The position numbers and the translations under genes were made by a program. A stretch of 64,000 nt of DNA from Trypanosoma brucei (Eukaryota). The stretch spans positions 1,920,001 through 1,984,000 of the forward strand of contig CP000071.1 in the NCBI GenBank assembly GCA_000002445.1, in the 5' to 3' direction. The notes beneath the pieces were generated by a model. It had not been told where the DNA came from and searched no databases. It saw nothing but the letters and a program-made list of their open reading frames with translations. This document shows positions 54,501-64,000 of the stretch, one piece after another. Every line of letters starts with the position of its first letter. Positions within the stretch are counted from its first letter, which is position 1.

Positions 54501-57021
54501 CAAGCGGCAGCAGCCGGAAATTCGACGCTTCTTCCAGTGAATACTCCACCAGAGAACCGTCGCTCGGCCTCGTCGACGAGGTCTCCGATAATAAACCCTC
54601 CGTTCTATCAGTGGAATCTTTGCTGAAGTGCGCAAGCCGGACCTCTTTACACAGTAGCATGTACTCCTCCATAGACTTGCGGTACTTTATGGCCCGCTCC
54701 TCAACGTCAGGGTCCTTAAGATCCTCAAACACAGCAACAAGGTCATCGGTGGCGTTAAGAAAGTTGCGGGACCTCACTGAGGCGTGCCGCAGTTGCTCGG
54801 CAAACTTCAGGGCCCCAAGAGTTTCTTTCGAGGCGCACGGTGACACATGAGCAAGGACGAGCACCCTGCCGTGCTCCAAACACGGCCGCAACAACCGTGT
54901 TAACTTTGAATCACGATAGGGCACGTGGTTAGAATGTTGATAAAGAGCCAGCAGTACCGCAGAGAACGCAGACAGAGATTTGTTTATGTACTGTGCCTCC
55001 CGCAGTTCAGTCCCCTCCACCTTCGATTGCTTAACGCACTCCGAACCAGCTAGGTCAACAACCGCTACGTACGAGTACGCGCTAGTTAGATATGTAGAGC
55101 TTGCTGAGCTGGTGCTATGACCACGAGTGGTAGTATTGGAGCATCCCCCATCAGCCCCTGTCGCTAGGGGGGAGGGAAGAGCTGTGGTAAAGCCGTCGAG
55201 CACCTCTGTCAACTCAAAGTGCAGCTGCAATATAAATATTGCGTGCGAGCGAGAACTTACATCGTTGCACTGATGAGCTTTTGTCACACGGTTGCGCGCT
55301 GCCATTGCATAGCAACGGTGGAAATCCGAGACAGAGTTGATACGTACTCCACCCCCTACTCGTGATGCACCGTCGTTCCCTTCTGCATCGGGACAACCGC
55401 CCCCATATCCCCCTCTACGCCCCGCATAGAATGCGGGTTCGTTGAGTTTCTGACAAAAAGCATCCAGCCCCGCAATATCCCCCAAAATGGGTATACGACG
55501 CTTCGTTGGATGGAGTAAGTCACGGAATTCATCCAAATACAACTCTACACCATAGAACGTTAAATCCTTCAATGTAAGCAGGGAGCCATGGGCACTTTTA
55601 TCGACGGATTTCTCCCGAAACGTTCCCGTGGGATTGGTGGCACGTTTGGTCACAAAGGGATGTTTGGCCATCAGTCCCTCATTTCGGTCAATTTGCACCA
55701 CGGAACCGCATCGATCAAGCAAAGAAAGCACAAGCCGAGGCAGCAATCCGATGCCCTCACTACAGACAAACTCCCTTCCACCTCCCTCTCCGGCCCCCTT
55801 CCCACAACTTGTAGCTTCCCCGAAACTGGCAAAGTTCTTTGGGCGATGGCTAGTTTGGGGACTGAGTTCACGAACATTCGAAGAGTCTACCTCCGCCTGG
55901 GATGAACTCGATAACTGTGAGCTTGCTGTTCCTTCACCTACGCACTCCAACCCGAGTGCCTTGCTCGTGATACGCTGTGAAGATACATCAACAGAGGTGG
56001 GGGTGCTGCTTGCATCCAACCTAGTGGTACCCGTTGGACGGCCGCCAGAGTAAGCCGATGCACTTGGTCTCGGTGTCGATTTCACGTCACGCCCAGAAAG
56101 TGGCAACAGTGGCTTCTTCACCGTACGTGCCGTCCGCTGCTTCCCTAATGGAGACACAGCTGAGCGCAGAGGCGAGGGAGATGGCCGTTTCCCTGATGCA
56201 CTTCCTATGACGCTATACGTTTTTCCGCTACCAGTAGGGCCGTAGCACACAATAGAAATGTTTTGCGCAAGGAGAGCCATGTCAACAAACTCAAGCACAC
56301 TCTCCTCAAAAACCTCTTCCTGTGTGGATTCCTCATTGTGGATGAAATCGAACCTAAAATGGTCCTCTCGGGCGGCACGGGCGCTACGGTGCATCGAAAC
56401 ATCCGGCGTAACAGCCCTTCGGGTAGGCTGCGCGGTGGAGAAGGTAAAGCCACTGATGTTGTGAAAGCTGGGAACTGGACTGTTGCACTCCACACCGCGG
56501 GCCCTGTCAGCCGCCAACTGCTCGTCCGACAGCAGCTCTACTGGAGTGCTCAGTGACATGGGCGGCAGTAGCCAAGGGGAAGTCCTCGGTCGAGAAGGTG
56601 ACTTCTGGACTTGATCACAGCTCTTCAGAAAGCGTGGCGGACGGTGCTGGGTTCGTTTCGGTGTGCACGGCGTCGATCGACATCGTGAACCGAACAGTAC
56701 ACAGGGTGATGTTGGCGTGCCTTCCATCGATCCTACAGTTCGGGTCGGTGATATGACGGTTCGACCATATAGAGGCTCCCGTACTGACTTGCCAATGCTT
56801 ACAACAATATTCTGCTGATCGAGACACCACACGCAGCGTTTTTCGTTCGATTCCCCTAAATACTCCAAAACAGGCCGGGTGCGAACGTGCATTACCGGTT
56901 CAACTATCCGACGCTGCTTTCCCTCGGTACCATATCGTCCCCGGTTAAACTCCCGGGGAGTCACGGCGACGCTGCTGGGTGCTGCCGCGGAGTCGTCAGT
57001 CGTATTAGCTCCACGTCGCAT
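51562..57021 (-). CDS. Kinesin-like protein of 1819 aa. The N-terminal motor domain carries large low-complexity loop insertions, followed by a long coiled-coil/tail.
   Basis: P-loop 'IVCYGPTGSGKTYSV', switch I 'SSRSHAIF', switch II 'VDLAGSE'. There is a ~330 aa S/T/P-rich insertion between the P-loop and switch I. Coiled-coil-like segments follow the motor. ATG at 57019-57021. Confidence 0.85.
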   Translation of the reverse strand: MRRGANTTDDSAAAPSSVAVTPREFNRGRYGTEGKQRRIVEPVMHVRTRPVLEYLGESNEKRCVWCLDQQNIVVSIGKSVREPLYGRTVISPTRTVGSMEGTPTSPCVLFGSRCRSTPCTPKRTQHRPPRFLKSCDQVQKSPSRPRTSPWLLPPMSLSTPVELLSDEQLAADRARGVECNSPVPSFHNISGFTFSTAQPTRRAVTPDVSMHRSARAAREDHFRFDFIHNEESTQEEVFEESVLEFVDMALLAQNISIVCYGPTGSGKTYSVIGSASGKRPSPSPLRSAVSPLGKQRTARTVKKPLLPLSGRDVKSTPRPSASAYSGGRPTGTTRLDASSTPTSVDVSSQRITSKALGLECVGEGTASSQLSSSSQAEVDSSNVRELSPQTSHRPKNFASFGEATSCGKGAGEGGGREFVCSEGIGLLPRLVLSLLDRCGSVVQIDRNEGLMAKHPFVTKRATNPTGTFREKSVDKSAHGSLLTLKDLTFYGVELYLDEFRDLLHPTKRRIPILGDIAGLDAFCQKLNEPAFYAGRRGGYGGGCPDAEGNDGASRVGGGVRINSVSDFHRCYAMAARNRVTKAHQCNDVSSRSHAIFILQLHFELTEVLDGFTTALPSPLATGADGGCSNTTTRGHSTSSASSTYLTSAYSYVAVVDLAGSECVKQSKVEGTELREAQYINKSLSAFSAVLLALYQHSNHVPYRDSKLTRLLRPCLEHGRVLVLAHVSPCASKETLGALKFAEQLRHASVRSRNFLNATDDLVAVFEDLKDPDVEERAIKYRKSMEEYMLLCKEVRLAHFSKDSTDRTEGLLSETSSTRPSDGSLVEYSLEEASNFRLLPLGRKKRTRIRDHIISKLTERHLQNHYQAHDDYLQRVKEDIKREQTEYINSVVERRKKDIEEMKLTVEKMKCCNAQLAEENSQPVLRDAHAMEIKQRLKDLAAEVTKCAGEKLLLLEGIRAIRQRTMIQEDLEQCLDEQLHAPPDGSALSGTSLQSMADSNFDDGMESIFNMQLLLSKEMSHLRRESTCFVRCDEIWEGLWARVMRQELMLAVALELEMMEGILLRPESIRWALESVGFDADTVKNVITPASADSRAVKQYEGIDKGVKEHVVNVSKLLGAIDKSLEQSPDCWNSLTKTLHTSGSFNTTSNNSASGSGEGTSMLVAPIPLVMSSGDEVKSVRNLTGCYGDEGKLQEACMEKLLCEGVYCELTFLPFGFDMRELFAAQRSLPPQTSKAKHTLPVGQWGVLRLVRPPNDASSYCLEFMQRTYLTGGKGRDRRLISIPLDEPQLRMSLHVMELDNHVCSGALHDDNPPLPTFPLIVLELKGVPPTPAQPHREAHQVQQQQVQEEWSSYLRGAAQLGTSRQEGTPSNGAALLNNNSDTTSTQGAILTKRLDCGGDLVLPDVAMSSCERGNGIFLLQFSDPVVAMPNRTESVECVVAALAGLTLPSLIVPAAAGAAGACPGRGKTVNSDVKPIDFGFQGIDKACDVHVATYNHMPHILLSAYGGPLRNGPSMKDITKPLTVPVGVGVSPLVYASTMGIFFYFWKDSDVGSSLGSSVATVAATVAATPQTAEATAAPFPPVPINRPSPRGQPSGPFSGAINALVRLTSLTVPNSSGASAGNGNNVSGGSPPERKESASSDVEDFLLHIQKLQSMRKKVRNAVRQQIFDAEDIKAELLYSYSENEFMRGSHIKDVMKEARELIDFQQQFRGNMGIPARVPVQASPALCREMCKFFIPWTLWQWAHRWQTLQDAYRQQQQQLGLFGLGFGGASDTDSEPSAQLSPEATAASMGSLKILDGFCGPTICFGEIPCFLSGMV

Positions 57022-58049
57022 ATATGTTGATGACTACCTGGTTCCGGCGGTGGAAAAAAGAATATTAGTAAAAAAAAGTACATATGCTTATAGGTGGCGA
57101 CGACTAGCAGCAATAGTGACGAGGAAGGTGCAAAAATTGCTCGCCCCACTCACTTACAAAAAACGAGTACAAAACCTTTGTCTCCAACGGCTTCGAGTTC
57201 CCAAATGCCAAAAAAAAAAAAAAGATCCCCTTACATCCCCTCAAACGGTCACATGTCACAGAAATGTGTAATATATGCATATACATATATTTGCTGAAAC
57301 CAACACAATGAAAAGGGGGAAGCGGTGTATAATTTTCGCGACAGTTGTGGGTGTGTGAGCATGTAAATGGAGTCGCTGTCTCCTGTTGAAAGGGGGGAAA
57401 TTTGTATCAAATTTCAAGTGGGGAGGAAACAAGCCACAAACACGCCGGTGTGAGGATGAAACCAGAAGCTTAACCAGAAACAAAAAAACGAGGGAATATA
57501 TATATATATATATATATGTATACAGAGGGGTGGTGGGGAAATTGCTGCCACTTAATAGTGAAAGCAATACACTAAACTTAATGCTGCATTACGAAGGTGC
57601 GCTGCAAAAGAAAGAAAATACGCGTGATGACAAGAAAAAATAGTAAAAGAAACTCAGCATAGAATAAAGGTATGACAGGAGGGAAAACGTGTAAAAAAGA
57701 GAACCCGAAAGCAGGAGTGGGGGAAGAAAGCACACGAGGTTTACTCGGTCTGTTGGTGTGCATTGAGCACAATTATTCATTTCCCGCCCCTTGGTAACCT
57801 TCGGTTCCACTATCCCTTTCTTCTGAAGACGCGCATCCCGCCCTTCTCTTGAGCATAGTAACTTTCCACACCAACCCGGGTAACGAGGTCTTGAAGAGTT
57901 CAATGTTAACCACGACAGAAAGAAGAGGATATATAAGCCCAAAATGCACCGCAATTAAGCGCTTTTCAACGACAGAAAAGTAAAATGAACCAACAAGTGA
58001 AAGTCAAAAAAAGAAAACTAAGAAAAAGAAAAGAGGGAAAACGAAAAGC

Positions 58050-60716
58050 TCAGCAACGCTCGAAGACCTTGTACAGCTCATCCACAGAAACTACCGCCTG
58101 CACGGTTCCGTCGACCAGCGCGTCACACGGAGGCACAAAGAAGGTTGAGTTCGTCGCGCACGGCAAAAGGCCAAAGCGAATGGCATCACAAAATGGAGGA
58201 ACATCATCTTGCCGAATACCATCCTTTATTACATTCGGCAGCCACGAGCTGTGCAGCTGCACACCATACAATGTCTCTGCAATGTGCCGAGCTATGGCAG
58301 TGAAACACTCAATCTCCCCGGCATTATACGGAACTTCTGCTGCAAGCCGCCATATAAAAAGAGGCACAGCCCGAAGCGGGGGTGGCCACGAAGTGCCCAT
58401 AGAAAGTGGAAGCGCGATCAGGTGGCCATCAGCACTGATTTCCACGGCAAAGTAATCCTGCAACATGTAACGCCAGTTGCAGAGGCGGCGCCCCAAGCGA
58501 GACAGAAGAGAACCCGGTCCTCCGTCAGCGCGCTTTTGTGAAGGTGGAAGCTGAACGTCATTCTGTAGTGCAAAGGAAAGCAAATCTGACAAGTGTATAG
58601 GCTCCTCAAACGACAACTGAGGCACAGCAGAGAGAGAGGGGGTGGCCCACCGAAGGAAAATTCGCTGATACACGACGTGCCGGACGAGCCGTAGGGAATC
58701 AACAACGTAAAGTGTCGTACCCGATTGGGCGAAGAAGAGGTGCCCCTTAAGAACACCAACGTAGGCCAAATTCTGAAAAAGGGATTGAGCAGTTTGTGAT
58801 GTACCCGCGCGAATGTTCGATACAATGGTCGACACACTAGTGAGCAAAAGAAATCCCGCCTCCTCCTGGCTCCCAGCCGAATCAGCGCCCTCCACCATGC
58901 GCACAGCGGCATCCCCCGTCGATGCAGCCGCCTTGTTATCTTCAGCGGCGATATAATCCGACGCGCCGCACCCCACGCCCACCCCTGCGGTATCTATTAC
59001 AGAACTCACCACATCCTGAACCTCTTTTCTATGCTTCTTGAAATGCTCTATTGTGTACTCCACTTCTTCACCATCCTCATCGGTGGTATCTAACAGCAAA
59101 ACTGGGGTCATGGAAAGAGTCCCAGTGCTTTGGTTTTCCGACCAGCCCCTGGCCCCACTCCCGCTGCTGGCTTCGGCATCAGTCACGGTGGTTACTGCAG
59201 GGCTGGATGATGCAGCACACGTCAAACCCGAGGGAGCCTTACCATCATCGGCGGTTCTCGCAACCTGAAAATTTCCCCCAGTAGCTGTATCTTGAGATTC
59301 CATGGACGACCCAGTACCCGCACTGCGGACCTGTGCGTCACCGCCTCCACCTGCGCGCTCCTCAATGGACTCACTACGCAGCGGAGCATCTCCATTGCCC
59401 TCAGCGGTCGGCTTCGGCCGGCGCACGAAGGCGTCGAGCGCGCCTCGCTGTGGCTCCACCCGCACAAGTGAACAAGGTGCCACAGCAGCCACACCACCAC
59501 GGGCACCAGTGGGTAATGGGTTAAACGGCGAGGTTGAGGAATGAGGCTGCATCGGCTGGTTGGACCGTTGACTCTCCCTATCGCCTAGCATAACCGCCTT
59601 GGAGTGAATCTGCCGAATATCCATCTGCCTGCGAGCCGCAGACGCCTGAAGAGCACCCTGAACGCATTCGGACAGTTGCGATACAATTATTTCTTCATCA
59701 AGAAGACAGACCTCATGTTTTGTTGGGTGAATATTCACGTCCACCCTGTCAGGTGGCACCGTGACGAAGAGGACGGTAAACGGGCGGTTCCCGCGCACCA
59801 ACACACCACTGTACACTGCGTCAAGAGCCCGGCGAATGGCCGTACTGTCCACCAGCCGATTGTTGACGAATACGCAAAGATACGATTTACGGCTAGCGAG
59901 TGTTATATCGCTGGTGTAACCTGTGATAAGGAAACGCCCTTCACCCGATGGTCCAGACGTTGCCAGCACACTCTCTGGCGTGCAGTTATCTTCGCTAGGT
60001 GATTCACCGGTGCAACGAACCTCACACAGGCGGGAAGCGACCTCCCCACCCCAGTGCTGACGGATGTTCGCCAATGTGTTGGAATCCTTGGGGAAACACA
60101 CACAATTCTTTGTAACACCAGCAACACTACCATCGGAGCGACGGCACGAGAACGCGACGCTCGGGAAGGCTAGTGCATAGCGAGAAACCACGTCTTCAAC
60201 ACGGCTACACTCCTCAGAAGGCCGACTGAACGCCCGCCGGCGGACAGCAGCATTGTAAAACATCTTCTCCGCTCGTATACATGTCCCCGGATTTCCGGCA
60301 CATGGCTTCGGTTCCTCCTGCATCCGCCCGTCGACATAGTGGCAGCGCCACGCGACGGTGTCATTGTGGCGCATCGTGGTCACAGTTACTCGTGCCACGT
60401 ATGAAATCGAGCACAGTGCCTCACCACGGAACCCAAAAGAACGAATGTTATTCAGTTCATCAAAAGCGCGTAACTTGCTTGTGGCGTAACGTTCGCACAG
60501 CAATGGGAGATCACCAAAACGTATACCATGACCATCGTCTGTAACCTGCAGCAATTCTAAGCCACCATCCTGAACAACCACCTGAATGCACGTACTACCC
60601 GCATCCAGGGAGTTTTCCAATAACTCCTTCAGTGCAGCACTTGGACGCTGAACCACTTCGCCAGCGGCAATACGGTTGATAACATCTTCTGGTAGCCGCT
60701 CAATACCCCTCATCAA
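58050..60716 (-). CDS. MLH1: DNA mismatch repair protein MLH1 (MutL homolog).
   Basis: N-terminal GHKL ATPase signature 'IERLPEDVINRIAAGEVVQRPSAALKELLENSLDAGST...DDGHGI'. C-terminal dimerisation region. ATG at 60714-60716. Confidence 0.9.
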   Translation of the reverse strand: MMRGIERLPEDVINRIAAGEVVQRPSAALKELLENSLDAGSTCIQVVVQDGGLELLQVTDDGHGIRFGDLPLLCERYATSKLRAFDELNNIRSFGFRGEALCSISYVARVTVTTMRHNDTVAWRCHYVDGRMQEEPKPCAGNPGTCIRAEKMFYNAAVRRRAFSRPSEECSRVEDVVSRYALAFPSVAFSCRRSDGSVAGVTKNCVCFPKDSNTLANIRQHWGGEVASRLCEVRCTGESPSEDNCTPESVLATSGPSGEGRFLITGYTSDITLASRKSYLCVFVNNRLVDSTAIRRALDAVYSGVLVRGNRPFTVLFVTVPPDRVDVNIHPTKHEVCLLDEEIIVSQLSECVQGALQASAARRQMDIRQIHSKAVMLGDRESQRSNQPMQPHSSTSPFNPLPTGARGGVAAVAPCSLVRVEPQRGALDAFVRRPKPTAEGNGDAPLRSESIEERAGGGGDAQVRSAGTGSSMESQDTATGGNFQVARTADDGKAPSGLTCAASSSPAVTTVTDAEASSGSGARGWSENQSTGTLSMTPVLLLDTTDEDGEEVEYTIEHFKKHRKEVQDVVSSVIDTAGVGVGCGASDYIAAEDNKAAASTGDAAVRMVEGADSAGSQEEAGFLLLTSVSTIVSNIRAGTSQTAQSLFQNLAYVGVLKGHLFFAQSGTTLYVVDSLRLVRHVVYQRIFLRWATPSLSAVPQLSFEEPIHLSDLLSFALQNDVQLPPSQKRADGGPGSLLSRLGRRLCNWRYMLQDYFAVEISADGHLIALPLSMGTSWPPPLRAVPLFIWRLAAEVPYNAGEIECFTAIARHIAETLYGVQLHSSWLPNVIKDGIRQDDVPPFCDAIRFGLLPCATNSTFFVPPCDALVDGTVQAVVSVDELYKVFERC

Positions 60717-61256
60717 AAATTTTTTATTTCCCTTAAAACGAAAAGTAGGGGGAGAATACCGGAAATATATATATATATATGTAGATAGATGTAAATGTGT
60801 GAAAGAGCGGTTCGAACGAAGACAAACACGGTGGTGAATGTAACAATAACGTCAATGCGCAGTTTTTAAAGTGTATAATGGAACAAATAGAGGTCGGAAG
60901 GACACAAATTGCGCCGCATCGTGCTACATTGAAATACGCACACCAACTGAACGGCAACACTTACGAGCGCGAACATTATGTCCGAATTATCCTGCCACCG
61001 TGTGCCGTTTGCCATCCTCAGTTAAAAAGCCTTCACTAGCTGTATGTCGGAAACCATGCACGGCCGCGCTCCATTCCAGTGAGACATGTATCAGGAAGCG
61101 AGTAGTAACCAACAGTAAAATGAAGAGCACGGTCTCTCTCGTTGCGTAACATTCTGCAGGTAGGATAAAATGCATACCCATATCTAAGAAGGTACCACCC
61201 ACCAAAGTTAAAAAATCAGTGAGCGCACGATTGCCACCAGACAAACGAGCACTGGC

Positions 61257-62117
61257 CTATCGGAACATCCTTCCAACACAGTAAAGCAGAAATTGATGGA
61301 GACCAATCTTCTCACAGTGTCCAGTCGTGATGCTCCTGAAGAGCTGCATTCCCGATTCGATATCTGGGACGTCACCGATTCTGACCGCCAGCTTGGAAAA
61401 GTCATCTGCATCCAGAAAACCGTCCCTGTCCCTGTCATACAGGCGAAACTGCATCATCACACAGTTATACTGCTGTTGAGACATTCCATAGAGCACACTA
61501 GGATCGGGACGGTTTTTGCTTAACCATGAAAGAAATTCTTCAAGACACAGCGTACCAGTTCCGTCTTCATCCATCTCGCGAAACATTCGGTCGATGTCAT
61601 CGTCAGTCCTAGCGAAGTTCAACCACCTGGCAAGGCGCCCCATCTCTTCACGACACAGATGCCCGCTCTCATCGCTATCAAAGAAGACAAACAATGCTAC
61701 GATGGAGTCGTATTCCTCTTGCGTGAGGCCGTACCGAAGCCACGGCGTATCTGCAACAGATTGTTGTCTCGACCCTTGACATGTAGACTGCGCATTCGTT
61801 GTAGATGGCGCTTCGGTACTGCCCGACCAACTGGCAGTGGGGCAAGTGTGTGAATCACTTCCTTCACGTCTGCCGGTCCAACCGCACGACGAACAGCGCA
61901 CAGGCAGGTTTTGCGCGAGGTTCACTAGGCTCCTGTGCGGCTGCTTTGTGCAATTTACAGGGGCACGGCACACGGGACACACCCTTGGGGCTCCAATGCA
62001 CTCTTGGCAAAAAATGTGACCACACGGTTGCAACTCCACGGGTTTTTTCCAGGAATCCAAACAAAGTGCGCAGCAGAGCTCGTCAGGGCAGTTAGTTGCC
62101 AGCATAAATGAAGTCAT
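61257..62117 (-). CDS. RING-finger (C3HC4) protein with three EF-hand calcium-binding motifs.
   Basis: RING 'CALCLDSWKKPVELQPCGHIFCQECI...CPVCRAP'. EF-hand loops 'DSDESGHLCREE', 'DEDGTGTLCLEE' and 'DRDRDGFLDADD'. ATG at 62115-62117. Confidence 0.8.
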   Translation of the reverse strand: MTSFMLATNCPDELCCALCLDSWKKPVELQPCGHIFCQECIGAPRVCPVCRAPVNCTKQPHRSLVNLAQNLPVRCSSCGWTGRREGSDSHTCPTASWSGSTEAPSTTNAQSTCQGSRQQSVADTPWLRYGLTQEEYDSIVALFVFFDSDESGHLCREEMGRLARWLNFARTDDDIDRMFREMDEDGTGTLCLEEFLSWLSKNRPDPSVLYGMSQQQYNCVMMQFRLYDRDRDGFLDADDFSKLAVRIGDVPDIESGMQLFRSITTGHCEKIGLHQFLLYCVGRMFR

Positions 62118-62970
62118 CGCTGCTCCCTGTAGCGAACAAATGGAGGGAAAACGAGACTCTTACAGGTTGGGGAGTGAATTTCCGCAAAGGAGTAAAAAAA
62201 AACACTTAGGTTACCAAACCGCAGGGGTTCGGCGTCATCAAGATAGAGGGTTTGATTGCAAAACAGTCTTTCCCCATGAGATCCAAGAGGCCATTCACCA
62301 CATCCAAGGCATTACAAAGTCCAACGAACACACCGTGAGGGCATGCAAGTGAGTCGAAGGTTGCCCAATCACCTGAGTTTCACCAAAGTCTCAAACGACG
62401 CCAGGGTCCCACCAGGCCTACGCGCTGACTGTTTGCACCACAGTACCGCACCCACATAACGTGTGCAGAGCACCTTTAAATTGAGCGAGTCCATCTGTTC
62501 AGCACTGCCGCCGGCCCCAACGGAGTGCGGCACGTAACCCACATTTAGGAAAAGTACTTCGAATCCTTGGATGGGGGATAGGCATGAGCAAGCACCCTCT
62601 CTCTTACTCTTTGCGGGGTTTCCCCTTGATCCACGTAAACCCGCCACCTAACTCTATTTCCACTGAGCCCCCCACCCTCCTCAGTTATTGAAGCACCGAA
62701 CATCCCACGGCAGAGGATCCCAGAGTTCATGGCCGGTAAATCAAAAGAGAGAGAGGGTAAATGATCTAAAAAGTGCCGTGACAGTGTAGGAGCGCAAAGA
62801 AAGTAAAGCACAACATTAAAACAATGTAACAAAAAACGGACAGTAGATAGCGAGCTGTACGATAAAGAAAAACACCCCAGCAGTGCTACACACCGAGGAA
62901 CACAACACGATGCTTCACTGTGGATCCACCATTGTCCAATCTTAGCAGCCTCCCTCAACCCCGGCAGATG

Positions 62971-64000
62971 CTATCGAAACCGGAGCATTTTGATGGATTT
63001 ACTGTCCCCGTACGAACCCGGTGCAGAGTACTGGTACATGGAATACCAATGGTTGACGAAGGACCATATCTCCATATCCCACGAAGGGTCAAGCCGCTTC
63101 ACGGCCGTGCGTTGACACCGCGGGGTGTGGTCTTCCAGCACCGTCCCTTGAATGGCTGCTAAACGATCTCCTCCTTCGCACTCCGCCCTATGCGCAGCTT
63201 CATTTGCCGTCGCCACTGCGGCTAGAAGTGTATTAACCATAAATGGGGAGGTTAGGGTAAAGTGAAAGGAGGGATGTTGCTGCTGCCCGTCCTCCTTTTC
63301 AGCGTTTGGCCGTGTACCAAAAACCTCAGCGACGTTTTCAATTAGCCCCCTCTTTGGCACGAACGCAGAAAGAAGCCCCGCCGCTCCGGTTGCCCGGCGT
63401 TGTACGACATCACAAACGGTCTCCACTACATTTACCATTGTTACCTCGTCAGCGACCACAACGTTGTTTTCAACAGCTGCTGATGATGCTGATAAAACGC
63501 TTTCGTAAGCAAGACAGCGAGTTGCAACGGAGGTGAAAACAAGGCTCAGTTTTTCGGCTGTGACGGGGCTGACGGTCGTCACGAAGGGCGCCATGTTCGA
63601 TATGACAGCGCTGCACATTGGACTAAGCAGCCGTATAGAGTGATGTGGCATTAGCAGGAAGTAGCATAGTGTGATGACTATAAGATCATTGTAAGTCCCA
63701 ACAAAGGTGTCAAAACTGAACGGGATTGACTCGCGGAATGGGGTATTGCACTGGAGGCAGAAGCTGCTAGACCCAGTAAGTCGCATAAGAATAAACAACA
63801 CTAGCTGCAAACGGGAAGACAACCGCGGACTCCTTCTTGCGTCTAGAGCGTAGTCAACCAAAGGCAAAATGTATTTCAATGTAACCTGTTCGCACCCAAA
63901 AGCCTGTGAACAAGCCGGTGACAAGTCAATGAGGCGCCACAAAAGCATCATTGACTCATTCGAAGCTGCAAAACGACGCTGTGAGTCAGGTAGATACGTG
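62971..64000 (-). CDS. Hypothetical protein, probably truncated at the window edge.
   Basis: The ORF from the ATG at 63951 gives 326 aa. The same frame stays open from 63952 to the window end with no stop, so the true start may lie beyond 64000. No domain recognised. Confidence 0.5.
   Translation of the reverse strand, partial: TYLPDSQRRFAASNESMMLLWRLIDLSPACSQAFGCEQVTLKYILPLVDYALDARRSPRLSSRLQLVLFILMRLTGSSSFCLQCNTPFRESIPFSFDTFVGTYNDLIVITLCYFLLMPHHSIRLLSPMCSAVISNMAPFVTTVSPVTAEKLSLVFTSVATRCLAYESVLSASSAAVENNVVVADEVTMVNVVETVCDVVQRRATGAAGLLSAFVPKRGLIENVAEVFGTRPNAEKEDGQQQHPSFHFTLTSPFMVNTLLAAVATANEAAHRAECEGGDRLAAIQGTVLEDHTPRCQRTAVKRLDPSWDMEIWSFVNHWYSMYQYSAPGSYGDSKSIKMLRFR

Noticed and set aside
1-64000. 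Search for tRNA, rRNA, snoRNA or SL RNA genes, retroposon (ingi/RIME-like) fragments, and prokaryotic features (CRISPR, operons, IS elements).
   Set aside because: Reading the intergenic regions showed no GC-rich cloverleaf-like segments, no rRNA-like blocks, no tandem snoRNA-type repeats and no direct-repeat/spacer architecture. The window is a eukaryotic (kinetoplastid-type) polycistron.

Overview
The window reads as trypanosomatid nuclear DNA. The coding sequence is GC-balanced and the intergenic sequence is AT-rich and microsatellite-dense, with no introns. Every convincing gene, 22 in total, lies on the minus strand, so the window looks like one polycistronic transcription unit running from high to low coordinates. 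Gene content and order are an RRM/poly-Q RNA-binding protein, RecQ, a 4-gene membrane-protein array, an ERCC4/Mus81-like nuclease, two tandem TCTP paralogs differing at 5 residues with unrelated 3'UTRs, and MLH1. That order resembles what I remember of Trypanosoma brucei chromosome 8 (around Tb927.8.6650 to Tb927.8.6840). This identification is from memory, not a search. The first ~5.2 kb has no credible ORF; it is an AT-rich, simple-repeat tract downstream of the last gene.

Most notable feature: a tandem array at 21150-30954 of four paralogous genes, with a ~2.64 kb unit. Each encodes a signal-peptide protein with five predicted transmembrane helices and Cys-rich short cytoplasmic loops. The 5' flank plus the first ~180 nt of CDS are near-identical between copies, and so are the 3'UTRs of copies B-D, while the large extracellular loops have diverged in a mosaic pattern. 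This is consistent with gene conversion plus ectodomain diversification. The stop codon of the adjacent Mus81-like gene sits inside the array's conserved upstream block.

The remaining genes are housekeeping-type: an LRR protein, AP-3 sigma, a PWP1-like WD40 protein, a large WD40 protein, an STE-family kinase, a citrate-lyase-beta-like protein, an orphan kinesin with loop insertions, a RING/EF-hand protein and several hypotheticals. Several start coordinates in the supplied ORF track are non-ATG (GTG/TTG). I moved those to the first in-frame ATG. I found no bacterial-type elements (CRISPR, operons, IS) and no tRNA or rRNA genes.
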